From a virus: a DNA stretch of 64,000 nucleotides. Below the pieces are notes generated by a model, which worked only from the letters and a program-made list of their open reading frames with translations, was not told where the DNA came from and searched no databases. Position 1 is the stretch's first letter; every line of letters starts with the position of its first letter. Location: IMG/VR virus record IMGVR_UViG_3300045988_183322; one strand, written 5' to 3'. The position numbers were made by a program, and so were the translations under genes. Of this stretch, positions 48,322-57,603 are shown in pieces.

Positions 48322-48639
48322 CTACTTCATGAAATCAACTATTGTCTTTAAAGCGTTCTTTTTCGAAAAAAGGACTTGCGCTCCTATCTTTTCTTGTTTT
48401 CTTTCTAGAATTCTCAGAAAATATTCATATGCGGATTTAGTATATGTTCCAAGTTGGAAAATCTTTTCCTCTTCCTTCGTCCCTGTAATAATCAAATGAC
48501 ATATAGTCAAATTATGTTCAATTTCTAATTGAAATGGATATTTATCATTCTTTACTATAATCTTATGAAGGCCAAAGGCATATCTGTCTTCGTCTGGAAA
48601 AATGATTGCGCTTTCTCCATCTTGAATCATTTTTCTCAC
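48322..48639 (-). CDS. hypothetical protein
   Basis: ORF only. Confidence 0.3.
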   Translation of the reverse strand: MRKMIQDGESAIIFPDEDRYAFGLHKIIVKNDKYPFQLEIEHNLTICHLIITGTKEEEKIFQLGTYTKSAYEYFLRILERKQEKIGAQVLFSKKNALKTIVDFMK

Positions 48640-48685
48640 ATAATAGAAATGGGTCTTATATACTTAACTTAGAAACAACTTGAAA

Positions 48686-49417
48686 TTAGTTAAGCCAATC
48701 ATTATCGAATGATATTTTTGATAACAGCTCTTTTCCCTGAAATGTAATCATCATTAAACCCATAGGTAATTGGGATTTCTCATCCTGATATTGAGATACA
48801 TATATGCTCTCTCCATTTTCGGTAAGTACCCTTTCTGTGTAAACGCGCCTATATAGCAATCCTAAAGACTCCAAATGTTCAATATAAAAATGAACATCTA
48901 AATTTTTATCATTAGTTTTACAGGAAAATAGAGTAGAATTTTTATTTTCGAATTCTCTACGCTTATCAGGATTAGATTCTAGAAAATATCTAAGCACAAT
49001 AATTTCAGCATCATTTACCTGCCGCAATAAATTGAGAAAATAATTCTCATTCTGAATCTCCAATTGCGATTTCGAGATTCCTTGAGCAACAAGAGAAGCT
49101 AGATAGGCTCGACGTTCAAAAGAAGATGAATTTGCCGCTTGCTGAATAGATTCTTCCATTAAACGGCTTTTAGCTTCATCTTCTAGCATGATTTTATCTA
49201 TAGTAGTCTCTAACCTTATCAGTTTTTTATTTAGCTGTTTAAGAAATTCTGCAATCCTATCTATCCTTTGCCTAGGAATAATATCTGTAACAAATTCAGC
49301 GATGATTGGTCCGAGGCAAGGAATAACTGAAACACCGCATTTCACAGAACGAGCAACGTAATCTCTTACTGTGTTTCCAAACTCGTTTTCATCAATAGAA
49401 TTTTCTTTTTCAAGCAT
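48686..49417 (-). CDS. hypothetical protein
   Basis: ORF only. Confidence 0.3.
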   Translation of the reverse strand: MLEKENSIDENEFGNTVRDYVARSVKCGVSVIPCLGPIIAEFVTDIIPRQRIDRIAEFLKQLNKKLIRLETTIDKIMLEDEAKSRLMEESIQQAANSSSFERRAYLASLVAQGISKSQLEIQNENYFLNLLRQVNDAEIIVLRYFLESNPDKRREFENKNSTLFSCKTNDKNLDVHFYIEHLESLGLLYRRVYTERVLTENGESIYVSQYQDEKSQLPMGLMMITFQGKELLSKISFDNDWLN

Positions 49418-49705
49418 TTATTAATTTTATGATTTTATATAGTTGAGTTCGAGTGATTCCGTAAAATCTAATATACTATCTTAAAAACAGCTGCATTTAA
49501 TCCTTTATTTCATTTAAATCAGTATCTTCAATAGAGGAAAAATAGTCATAATGGTCTTTTGCATATATAACCCAAAAATCAAATTTTGATGTTACTTTTT
49601 TTAATATATTTTTGATTTTAGAATTTTTTTTATTTAAAAAAAATCGGAACTATATACTTTAGTCTTGTCTCCCTACTTGGTAGGGGAACAAAAAAGCTCC
49701 TTCCA

Positions 49706-49734
49706 AAGAAGGAACTTTTTTATTCAGAAAAGTC
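49706..49734. terminator. bidirectional intrinsic terminator (A-tract, hairpin, T-tract)
   Basis: aaaaaagc-tccttc-caaa-gaagga-ac-ttttttatt; preceded by a second hairpin ccctac-ttg-gtaggg. Confidence 0.55.
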
Positions 49735-49745
49735 TATACTCTTAT

Positions 49746-50729
49746 TCAGGAATTAGTCTCTTTAATGCTATTACAAGAGATTGTACACACTATTTGATAA
49801 CCCTCTTTTGGACAAGGAGCAGTTATAGTCAAAGGTTGTGTAATTGAACTATCAGATATATTATCAAAATTATTTTGATTAACTTCCTTTTTATCAGAAA
49901 TCAAAGAATGGGTATTCGAGTGGCACATGTTACAATTACCTTTATTACATGTATCAGTTTGATTACAAAGAGGACAAGCAGGGTTATGCGCACACAAGGA
50001 TTTAAGCCATTTTTTCAATCTTAAAAGAAAATTAAATTTAAAATCAAATTTAAATATAAATTTTCCTATAGATATAAACACGCTAAACAATAAGCACGGC
50101 AGAATAATAATTAATTCCACAATAATTAGAGGAATCAATGATATAAACAATTTTGCATATAGGATAACTCCTAAAAAATAATTGCCTTTACTGTTTTCTT
50201 TATAAGAAGAAGGAAGAGTGTTGATTTTTTCTTTATGTAAATTTAATAGTGCTTCCGTCTCAAATTTAGATATCCAATTTAAATATATAATTCCTATAGC
50301 TAAGCCCCAAGAAACTATCAGCAATACAAACCATATAGCAAAAGGAATCCAAGCTAAATATGTCCACTCAATTTCTAAGGAAGATAATTTTTTTTCGTAA
50401 ATTTGGCAATAACAATGGATAATAAAAGAGACAACTAACCCTAATGAAATAAATTTCATTAGAAATTTAAATCCCAACAAAATATTATCCCTAAATAAAT
50501 TATGGAAATAATAGATAATTGGTTTTCTAAAAAATTGACATATTCTATTTTGTTTTAAAGTATATAGATTTTGAGTATAAATTTTTCCCGAATCTTTATC
50601 TTGAAGGTCCGAACAAGTAATGGTTGCTTTTTTTATAAAAGAGAAAAAACCATCATGCCATGTCGTTAAAACGCTAATAGCTAATGCAGTTTGAGCAATA
50701 ATCAAACTATAATCCCACTCTTGAGACAT
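49746..50729 (-). CDS. polytopic membrane protein with Cys-rich C-terminal tail
   Basis: Multiple hydrophobic segments; C-terminal CAHNPACPLCNQTDTCNKGNCNMCHSNTHS. Confidence 0.4.
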   Translation of the reverse strand: MSQEWDYSLIIAQTALAISVLTTWHDGFFSFIKKATITCSDLQDKDSGKIYTQNLYTLKQNRICQFFRKPIIYYFHNLFRDNILLGFKFLMKFISLGLVVSFIIHCYCQIYEKKLSSLEIEWTYLAWIPFAIWFVLLIVSWGLAIGIIYLNWISKFETEALLNLHKEKINTLPSSYKENSKGNYFLGVILYAKLFISLIPLIIVELIIILPCLLFSVFISIGKFIFKFDFKFNFLLRLKKWLKSLCAHNPACPLCNQTDTCNKGNCNMCHSNTHSLISDKKEVNQNNFDNISDSSITQPLTITAPCPKEGYQIVCTISCNSIKETNS

Positions 50730-50744
50730 TGTGAAGAAAAAAAG

Positions 50745-51272
50745 TTATTGACAACACACTTTATTAAATTCTTCTTCCCAAGCAGAAGCTACATCAGGGC
50801 AATGAATACCAGCAAATGCCTTTCTATTAGGCTTCCCATCAAGAATAGGAGTAGGCTCTATGCGATAATGTCTTTTATCTACAATGAGAATATTTGCAGA
50901 AATATTACTTACATTTTCAAAATTATTGTATGAAGCTTTTCCATTTTTTAGATATTCCTCAATTTTACTAAAAAATTTATTCTCTCCGGATGAAGTATCT
51001 ACAAAATTCCTTGTTATAACATCAACCCGAGCTCCATTTTTAATGGCAGCATCAAGAGCATTCAAAACTCCTTGTGTACACCATACATCTTGACCTAAAT
51101 GATTACATAAAATGCACACTCTAGATTTTGCTCTTTTAATAAATTCTTCATCAATAATAATAGTATGGTCCGGACCTGGGTTTTTGAACCCATCAACTCT
51201 TATATTATTATCAAGAGCTACAATTATACCAACTCTATACTTATCCTGTTCGTTTTTAGGTTCTTTGAACAT
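50745..51272 (-). CDS. hypothetical protein
   Basis: 175-aa ORF, no confident motif. Confidence 0.35.
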   Translation of the reverse strand: MFKEPKNEQDKYRVGIIVALDNNIRVDGFKNPGPDHTIIIDEEFIKRAKSRVCILCNHLGQDVWCTQGVLNALDAAIKNGARVDVITRNFVDTSSGENKFFSKIEEYLKNGKASYNNFENVSNISANILIVDKRHYRIEPTPILDGKPNRKAFAGIHCPDVASAWEEEFNKVCCQ

Positions 51273-51563
51273 GATTAGAATTTTGGATTAATGTATGAAA
51301 TCATATAGAATGAAAATGTGACCGCAAAATTATGTATAGCATTCAAATCTGGTCAAGCTTTTCCTGTTATTTTTATGACGTTTAGAATGTTTGCTCTCTA
51401 AAAAATTACACTCTTTATCAATTTCATTTGATAGCATTTTGTTCCTGTTATTCCTGTTGGATTTGACTCTTATTGAATGCTATCCGTTCATCTGATGCCA
51501 GAGATATGTTCTTATGTTTCAAATGGCTTTCTAACAAATAATAAAAATCGTTTCTAAGACCGC

Positions 51564-51731
51564 TTATTGTAGGGACTTTCTCCCTCCTAATCTCTCTTCC
51601 ACCGCCCTCAAAATCCATTCCTCCACGGACAATCTTTCTTTGACAGCCCTCTTGACTACCTCGTTCAGGGTAGAATTTTTCATTCGAACGGCAATTTGAA
51701 ATTCCAATTCCGAAGGATAATCAGCACTCAT
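51564..51731 (-). CDS. standalone ribbon-helix-helix (Arc/CopG-like) protein, 55 aa, sub-threshold ORF in a locally GC-rich stretch
   Basis: MSADYPSELEFQIAVRMKNSTLNEVVKRAVKERLSVEEWILRAVEERLGGRKSLQ. About 13/27 identical to the RHH domain of 51807-52271 (NKILNLAVRAAVQKDMSVEEFVVWATE). Not in ORF track (<60 aa). Confidence 0.4.
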   Translation of the reverse strand: MSADYPSELEFQIAVRMKNSTLNEVVKRAVKERLSVEEWILRAVEERLGGRKSLQ

Positions 51732-51806
51732 TAGATGACGCAAGGTGTCCTACACATTGAGAACCCCTAGATACCTAGATAGCTACTCATTTTCAAGCCT
51801 TTCTTT

Positions 51807-52271
51807 CTAATTACACTTATTCCCTTCCACAATTCTTTTCGCCGCCCCTTCTGTGGCCCAAACCACAAACTCTTCAACGCTCATATCCTTCTGAACCGCC
51901 GCTCGAACGGCCAAATTGAGAATTTTGTTAGGGATAGGAACGCTCAGTTGAGAAACAAAGTCATTGTTGGAAGCAGGTTCCCGTCCTTTCATATAGCGGG
52001 AAATCAGTATCTGGACGTGCTTCGGAATACTGCCCTTGGAGAAATAGTTATCAATGGTGCTTCTGGCTAGACCTAGGGAGGAAGCAAGTTCAAGACGATT
52101 TATGCTATTGTATATTTCTAAAAGGAATGGAGAAGCTTCGTCGAATATTTTGTTTTTTTTAATGCCAACGCATTTACTCTTTAATAAATGTTCAGCATAA
52201 TTAAGTATTTTTGCTCCCATAATATCCGGTTTTTCTAGATATTGAGCATATTTTTCAATAATATTTTCCAT
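51807..52271 (-). CDS. two-domain HTH plus RHH transcriptional regulator (paralog of 6721-7095)
   Basis: LASSLGLARSTIDNYF HTH and LSVPIPNKILNLAVRAAVQKDMSVEEFVVWATEGAAKRI RHH. About 50% identity to 6721-7095 over the C-terminal 110 aa. Confidence 0.55.
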   Translation of the reverse strand: MENIIEKYAQYLEKPDIMGAKILNYAEHLLKSKCVGIKKNKIFDEASPFLLEIYNSINRLELASSLGLARSTIDNYFSKGSIPKHVQILISRYMKGREPASNNDFVSQLSVPIPNKILNLAVRAAVQKDMSVEEFVVWATEGAAKRIVEGNKCN

Positions 52272-52272
52272 C

Positions 52273-52710
52273 TTAAAGTCTACTAATTAGTTCAAAAAAA
52301 TACTTTTTCCTTCCTTCCAATTCTTTCTTTTGAGCCTTTTTTATAAGTTCATTTAAATAAATATCTCCATCCTCGGTCAAAAAAGCTTGCGCGACAAAAC
52401 TCGAAGAGAAGCTCGGTTCTTTTGAGACTACATGCAAAGTAGGGATTGGTTGCGGCTCATTTGAAGTGAGTTTCACCGTATCAAAATGCACAGAAAAAGG
52501 CAGGGAGTCATGAGAGATAGAATAAACTACTTGCCGCATGTTATAGCTCTTTCTACTAATTTTTACTCCCGTGATTCTTTTCAGCAATGTTTCCGCATAA
52601 TAAAAAGCACCAATACTTTCAGTATCATCGGCAACGTCTAAAATAAATTTTCTGTATTTATCGAATAGCTCTTGTTTCTTAAAAGATATTTCGTCTTCTG
52701 GTTCTGGCAT
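52273..52710 (-). CDS. hypothetical protein (operon with regulator)
   Basis: ORF; its stop abuts the regulator start. Confidence 0.3.
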   Translation of the reverse strand: MPEPEDEISFKKQELFDKYRKFILDVADDTESIGAFYYAETLLKRITGVKISRKSYNMRQVVYSISHDSLPFSVHFDTVKLTSNEPQPIPTLHVVSKEPSFSSSFVAQAFLTEDGDIYLNELIKKAQKKELEGRKKYFFELISRL

Positions 52711-52737
52711 AAAATTTCGAGTATCGAAAGAAGATTC

Positions 52738-53103
52738 CTAACGTGATTTCATTATTTCTATCTCAGCAAGAAAACTTTCCGTCATTTCTCGCTCTTCTTT
52801 TTTAGCCAGCAATCTCATTTTATCATTAATATGAAGTAGTTCGTGGCTGTTCAATTCTAAAAAATATAAGTCTTTAAAAAGAAATGCTCGCGCGTTATTG
52901 TTATCTTCTAAAATAATGGAAAATTCTCCATCCCACGAATTAGATGCGAGAGCAGAGAATCGAAAATCCTTGTTCCTTATTACGTCAAAATTATTTCCTT
53001 CTTCGTCTCTAATCAGACTTGATAGAATTTCTGTGCCATTAGCATCTAACAATTCATTAAGATAGTAAAGAGCGTCTTCTCTTTTGATTTCATGTTTTTC
53101 CAT
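52738..53103 (-). CDS. hypothetical protein (first gene of regulator operon)
   Basis: ORF whose ATG lies 9 nt downstream of a consensus -10. Confidence 0.3.
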   Translation of the reverse strand: MEKHEIKREDALYYLNELLDANGTEILSSLIRDEEGNNFDVIRNKDFRFSALASNSWDGEFSIILEDNNNARAFLFKDLYFLELNSHELLHINDKMRLLAKKEEREMTESFLAEIEIMKSR

Positions 53104-53112
53104 ATGAGCTAT

Positions 53113-53141
53113 ATGATAAGTGATTCAAAATCGTTTGTCAA
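53113..53141 (-). promoter_or_regulatory. sigma70-type promoter (TTGACA-17-TATCAT) giving a near-leaderless transcript for 53103<-52738
   Basis: Minus-strand reading ttgacaaacgattttgaatcacttatcat then atagctcatATG. Confidence 0.4.
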
Positions 53142-53444
53142 GCTCAAATGATGGAAGTTTATACTGTCCGCCACTGTATTTTGATTAAATATCAATGGAT
53201 TATGTATTTTTCGTCCCAATCAGTCCGCCACCCGGAATTTTTTATTCCTAAATCTGTTTTTTGAAAACAAGATTGATAATTATATTCAAAAATCAGGGGG
53301 TATAGAAATAAATAAGTAGTTCCATTTTCTTATGTGAAGTAATACCGCTAGCGACAAATCGGTTGTACAGTATTTAACTCACAGCTAAAAAAGTTTCTGT
53401 TGTAATTACTTTTTTGGGTTTAACACATCTAAACCCCATGCATC

Positions 53445-54062
53445 TCAGCCATCGACTTTTCTTCTAGCGAAAAGCTCTATTCTCCGTTGTTTTGGAAACA
53501 TTTTGGTAATGTCATCCATTACTTGTTGAGGTTTTACACTATGGGCTTGTCTGGGAGCGCGGACTAACTGTTGTATGTTTCTAGCTCCTCTTGGCTTAGG
53601 AATTTTCCCCCTTTTGAAAACCAAACAAAGTTCACAATTAGATAGTGTATATTGTCCGGGATTGTGAGACATCTTATCCCAAACAAAGGCAACTGTTTTA
53701 TAATCAAATCCCCATGCTACGCCAAGTTCTATTGCTTGTTGTAGATGGGGGCTGGAAGTCCACATAAATAATAAACAATCTTCGTTAGCAATACTTGCTA
53801 CATTCAGTTTTTTAAGTTCCGATGTTTTTAATGTAGGATATATAAAAGATGCAGAGCTGATGAATATTTTTTTATTTAAGTCTATCTTATCTTTACTTAC
53901 GCTAGACTTGTCATACTGCATTTTCCCACCATAATCCCACGGCGGGTCTGCATAAATTACATCATATTTTTCAGATGGAAGATTGGGATAAAGCTCTTCT
54001 AATGGATTTTGTCGAGTGCGTTTTTTTGCCTCTTTATTATATATGGAATAACCAGTTGTCAT
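53445..54062 (-). CDS. MT-A70 family DNA N6-adenine methyltransferase
   Basis: YDVIYADPPWDY (DPPW catalytic motif) and overall MT-A70 layout. Confidence 0.75.
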   Translation of the reverse strand: MTTGYSIYNKEAKKRTRQNPLEELYPNLPSEKYDVIYADPPWDYGGKMQYDKSSVSKDKIDLNKKIFISSASFIYPTLKTSELKKLNVASIANEDCLLFMWTSSPHLQQAIELGVAWGFDYKTVAFVWDKMSHNPGQYTLSNCELCLVFKRGKIPKPRGARNIQQLVRAPRQAHSVKPQQVMDDITKMFPKQRRIELFARRKVDG

Positions 54063-54320
54063 AAATCAAAATATTTTCAAATTAGTCTCTTGGATTAATT
54101 TTCGGGCATCTATTTCTTGGATTAGTATCGTAAAAGGGACCGGGGGTCTGATTCTGAAAAATCGATTCAAATATTATATTCAAAAATGGGGGGGTTATCA
54201 ACACTAAAATCGGACATAATGAAAAATCGGCTTTGTTTTGAAGAGCACACCGAACAAAAAAATAAGACGATGCAATCTTGCAATAAGGGCGGGAAAAAGA
54301 ATCTTTTTCTAAAAAATTAT

Positions 54321-54348
54321 TTGACATTATAACACAATTTGTTAATAT
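54321..54348 (+). promoter_or_regulatory. consensus sigma70 promoter P1 (TTGACA-N16-TGtTAATAT) with upstream A-tract
   Basis: aaaaaattatTTGACAttataacacaatttgtTAATATaaaagcaccgaaagga; leader shared with P5. Confidence 0.6.
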
Positions 54349-54373
54349 AAAAGCACCGAAAGGAACACAAGAC

Positions 54374-54634
54374 ATGAAAGAAAAAACGTACTACATTAGA
54401 GAATGTTTTAGAGACAATGAAATAGAAGTAACTTTCGCCGGTGGAGAAAGTTATGAATGGATACATGAAGACGGAGTTTTTATGTTTTCCTGCCTTGTTG
54501 AAAATGTTGAAACGGGGGAAATAGGTAAATGTTACGGGGAAATTACAAAGCGCGACTATAACAACGGCGTGGACGTGGATGACATTTTAGACAACCCGGA
54601 AGAATATCACGCATGCGTTGAATTTGACTGCTAA
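54374..54634 (+). CDS. small highly acidic early protein
   Basis: 86 aa, Asp/Glu-rich (EYHACVEFDC, DVDDILDNPEE); first gene after P1 with aagga RBS. Confidence 0.45.
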   Translation: MKEKTYYIRECFRDNEIEVTFAGGESYEWIHEDGVFMFSCLVENVETGEIGKCYGEITKRDYNNGVDVDDILDNPEEYHACVEFDC

Positions 54635-54638
54635 GGCA

Positions 54639-54657
54639 CGGGGGGATTTATCCCCCC
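54639..54657 (+). terminator. GC hairpin (gggggg-atttat-cccccc) after early gene; weak U-tract
   Basis: Hairpin seen in sequence; stands out in AT-rich context. Confidence 0.35.
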
Positions 54658-54792
54658 TCAATTAAAAATCTCAATAAAATATTAAGTCATGATTATGTTT
54701 GCTTTTAAATTCGCCGTTTCTAGCCTTATCATATTTCTTTATTCAATAATTTTTCTTGGCGCTATGGGAGTAGATTTTTTCTAAAAAATTAT

Positions 54793-54820
54793 TTGACATC
54801 ATAGCAGGATTTGATAATAT
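54793..54820 (+). promoter_or_regulatory. consensus sigma70 promoter P2
   Basis: aaaaaattatTTGACAtcatagcaggatttgaTAATAT. Confidence 0.6.
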
Positions 54821-54855
54821 ATTTCTATCTTAAAAAAATAAGGATAAACTCAATT

Positions 54856-55221
54856 ATGGATATCATTAGAACGACGTACATTGAACAAGCAATTGTTTTT
54901 TCCCTTTATGAGAATAAAGGCGGGGAACTCACACTATTTATTTTTAGGGAAGACGGAATTTATAGTGAAGCTTTATGCTGTGTTGAAAATATCGCACCTG
55001 AAAACGTGGAGTCTTGCCTTTTAAATCTTAAAGACTGGCCTTCATGGGGCGGTAAAATCACGGGGAAAAAAGAAATTAAACTTATTGAGCAACGCATAAA
55101 AAACACCGTTGAATGCGCTACGTTTGCCGCTGGCACGGCTATCGAAAACGGCAAAATAATCGGAATTATTGCCAGCAATGCAGGGGAATCTTCAAAAAAG
55201 GCTCTTGCTAATTTTTCATGA
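54856..55221 (+). CDS. hypothetical early protein
   Basis: ATG 54856 (MDIIRTTYIEQ) preceded by aaggataaa. The ORF-track start 54811 lies inside the promoter. Confidence 0.4.
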   Translation: MDIIRTTYIEQAIVFSLYENKGGELTLFIFREDGIYSEALCCVENIAPENVESCLLNLKDWPSWGGKITGKKEIKLIEQRIKNTVECATFAAGTAIENGKIIGIIASNAGESSKKALANFS

Positions 55222-55239
55222 AATTATTTTTAAAAATAG

Positions 55240-55267
55240 TTGACAACTGAAAAAGTTTTGCTAATAT
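55240..55267 (+). promoter_or_regulatory. consensus sigma70 promoter P3
   Basis: aaaaatagTTGACAactgaaaaagttttgcTAATATaaatgcatcttaaggg followed by GC hairpin leader. Confidence 0.6.
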
Positions 55268-55335
55268 AAATGCATCTTAAGGGCAAACGGGCCGCCAGAA
55301 GGCCCGCAATTTAACAAATAAACGAGCGAACAAAA

Positions 55336-55851
55336 ATGAATACAAAAATTGAAAAAGTCCAATATGCGCAATTACTCAATAACGGATTAACCACTTTACA
55401 TTTTGCGGAAGGTCTGGAAAAGTACCCTATTGCGGGGGAAATTGCTGGCGCGCGATTAGGCACAATTCATACTATCGCCTATAAAAGTTTTAGCAAAGAC
55501 GTTCCGGGACTTGTCACATATAAAAAAATTAGGATGCGTTTGACTAAGTACGCCGCACAAAAAGCGGTGAAGGAAGCTTGGAGCAGTGGCACGTTAAAAA
55601 AAACGGATAGAGTAGATAATAGGGTGCATTTTAAAAATAATCTTGCCTACAATATCAAAACCGGAAAATTTACTTTTTCTTTTGTGCCTTATGAAAAATT
55701 ACAAGAAAAATTTGTGTTCAACGGGTTTGAAATTTCTCCTGAAAAAGCGCATGAAATGATTGAAAAGGCTAGGCAGGGCAAGCCTAAAAGGCCCGCGCCC
55801 CTGATTCCGTGGAGAACGGTTGAACTTTCAAACATTATTGCCTTTAATTAA
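55336..55851 (+). CDS. hypothetical early protein
   Basis: ORF downstream of P3. Confidence 0.35.
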   Translation: MNTKIEKVQYAQLLNNGLTTLHFAEGLEKYPIAGEIAGARLGTIHTIAYKSFSKDVPGLVTYKKIRMRLTKYAAQKAVKEAWSSGTLKKTDRVDNRVHFKNNLAYNIKTGKFTFSFVPYEKLQEKFVFNGFEISPEKAHEMIEKARQGKPKRPAPLIPWRTVELSNIIAFN

Positions 55852-55907
55852 TTCCGAAAAAATCTTAAACAAAAAAAGGGGGGCATTTGCCCCCCTACAA
55901 TAAAACC

Positions 55908-56630
55908 ATGAAATTCTTTTCTGAAAGGTCTGCTCATAACTATAAATCAGAAAAAACAAGGCTAAAGTTTAAAAATATCAATCACTATATTCTTTATCTA
56001 TACCCAACTTTCACAAAAGAAATAAATACTTGCCCCTTTGCTTCATCTGCTTGCAAAAAAGCTTGCTTAGTTAATTGTGGAAGGGGCGCATTGAAAAATG
56101 TAATTGAAGCGCGGAAAAATAGAACACAAAAAATCGCTACAGATTTTGAACAATCCTGCAAACAAATAATTGCGGAAATTGCATCATTAACGATTTATAA
56201 TAAAATGTCAGGGGGGGGGCAATCAGTTTTCAGGATTAATGGCACTTCTGATTTGGATTTTTCTTGTATTTGGAACAATCCAGAACTTGAAAATCTCGGT
56301 GCTATTTTTTGCGAGTACACGAAAAACCCGTTTAGGATGAATGATTTTTTGAATAGCGCATTTTCTCCTAATGTCCACTTTACCTTTTCTTATTCTGGTA
56401 AAAACTGGAATTTCTGTAAACTTGTTTTGGATAGGGGCGGAAATGTTGCCGTTCCTTTTACGTGCGAAAAATTGCCGAAAGTTTACAAAGGATATGAAGT
56501 GATAAATGGAGACGAGCATGATTTACGCTATATGGACGGCAAGAAAGGCGTCATTGTAGGTTTAATAGCTAAAGGGAATAAAGAAAAAATAAAAAATGGA
56601 GTAAAGCAAGGTTTTTTTGTAGCATGTTAA
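55908..56630 (+). CDS. hypothetical Cys-rich early protein
   Basis: ATG 55908 (MKFFSERS). The track ORF starts at TTG 55887. A gggggg-catttg-cccccc hairpin sits immediately upstream. Confidence 0.35.
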   Translation: MKFFSERSAHNYKSEKTRLKFKNINHYILYLYPTFTKEINTCPFASSACKKACLVNCGRGALKNVIEARKNRTQKIATDFEQSCKQIIAEIASLTIYNKMSGGGQSVFRINGTSDLDFSCIWNNPELENLGAIFCEYTKNPFRMNDFLNSAFSPNVHFTFSYSGKNWNFCKLVLDRGGNVAVPFTCEKLPKVYKGYEVINGDEHDLRYMDGKKGVIVGLIAKGNKEKIKNGVKQGFFVAC

Positions 56631-56676
56631 GTTTTTTTGCGCACTAGGAATCGTTGGTTTAATAATCAAAAAATAG

Positions 56677-56704
56677 TTGACATTTTGAGCTAAAATGATA
56701 ATAT
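56677..56704 (+). promoter_or_regulatory. consensus sigma70 promoter P4
   Basis: aaaaaatagTTGACAttttgagctaaaatgaTAATATaaagacatgttaagggg. Confidence 0.6.
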
Positions 56705-56759
56705 AAAGACATGTTAAGGGGCCGCGCCCCTTACAACAAAAAAAAAGAAAGGAAATAAA

Positions 56760-57101
56760 ATGCTACTTATAAAAGAAAAATACCGGGTAAAGGGCCGCGA
56801 TTTTAGGCGGGTAATTAGTCAAGCGCGTAAAATATTTGATGAAAATTTTAAGAATAAAAATGAGCTTTTCGCTAAAAAATTTTCTTTAAGTTATATTTTA
56901 CATGATTATCGCTTGGAAGATAAAGCCTCAAATCCGCTTTTTATGAAAAGTGATTCTGAAATTTATTGTGAATTTTATTCTGAATGCGAGCTAGGAATGA
57001 AAATGATTCATGCGCTGGAAATTGCAATAATTAAATGCGGCATGGCATTTGATTTTAGGAGAACTGGGGAATCAATTAAAATTATTCTACGTTATAGGTA
57101 A
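56760..57101 (+). CDS. hypothetical early protein
   Basis: ORF with aaagaaaggaaat RBS after P4. Confidence 0.4.
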   Translation: MLLIKEKYRVKGRDFRRVISQARKIFDENFKNKNELFAKKFSLSYILHDYRLEDKASNPLFMKSDSEIYCEFYSECELGMKMIHALEIAIIKCGMAFDFRRTGESIKIILRYR

Positions 57102-57133
57102 ATGTTCCACGTGGAACAAATTTGAGATAAAAA

Positions 57134-57601
57134 ATGAATGTTGAACAGTATAAAATGGCGGCGATTGGAAAACTTGCGGAAATGGTTAAAAGAAAAAATT
57201 ATGAGCCGGAAAAATTAGATTTTGATAATTATAATGATTTTGTTGATACAAGGGAGGCAATTTTAAATTCTATCATTAACATTTCAAAAAGGGGAAATAT
57301 TCTACCTATAGAAATATTCAGCATTCTTTTTGAATCTTACTTCATAGATAAAATTAAAGAAAGGTTCCCGGCGTGGATTGTTAAAGTGCCATGCCACACA
57401 ATCAATCTTGCGTATACTTTTCAAACAATTGAATTTGACGACTTCGGGACAAGAATTTTTAGAAAATTAAATATTGATGAAATAAATACTTCATTTTTTG
57501 ATGAATTCGCGGAGTTCATAAATTTTAATGAAACTACTTTCAGCCTTGAACTTTTGGCAACGTCAGAAGGCAAATTTATTGCAAAGATTAAAATGAAATA
57601 A
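57134..57601 (+). CDS. hypothetical early protein
   Basis: ORF only. Confidence 0.35.
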   Translation: MNVEQYKMAAIGKLAEMVKRKNYEPEKLDFDNYNDFVDTREAILNSIINISKRGNILPIEIFSILFESYFIDKIKERFPAWIVKVPCHTINLAYTFQTIEFDDFGTRIFRKLNIDEINTSFFDEFAEFINFNETTFSLELLATSEGKFIAKIKMK

Positions 57602-57603
57602 TT

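Noticed and set aside
54082-54375. 97-aa minus-strand ORF
   Set aside because: Overlaps the repeat-rich promoter-proximal region and P1; the odd composition (MSCVPFGAFILTNCV...) and position suggest non-coding regulatory DNA.
56223-56519. 98-aa minus-strand ORF within early gene 55908-56630
   Set aside because: Antisense to a promoter-driven plus-strand gene.
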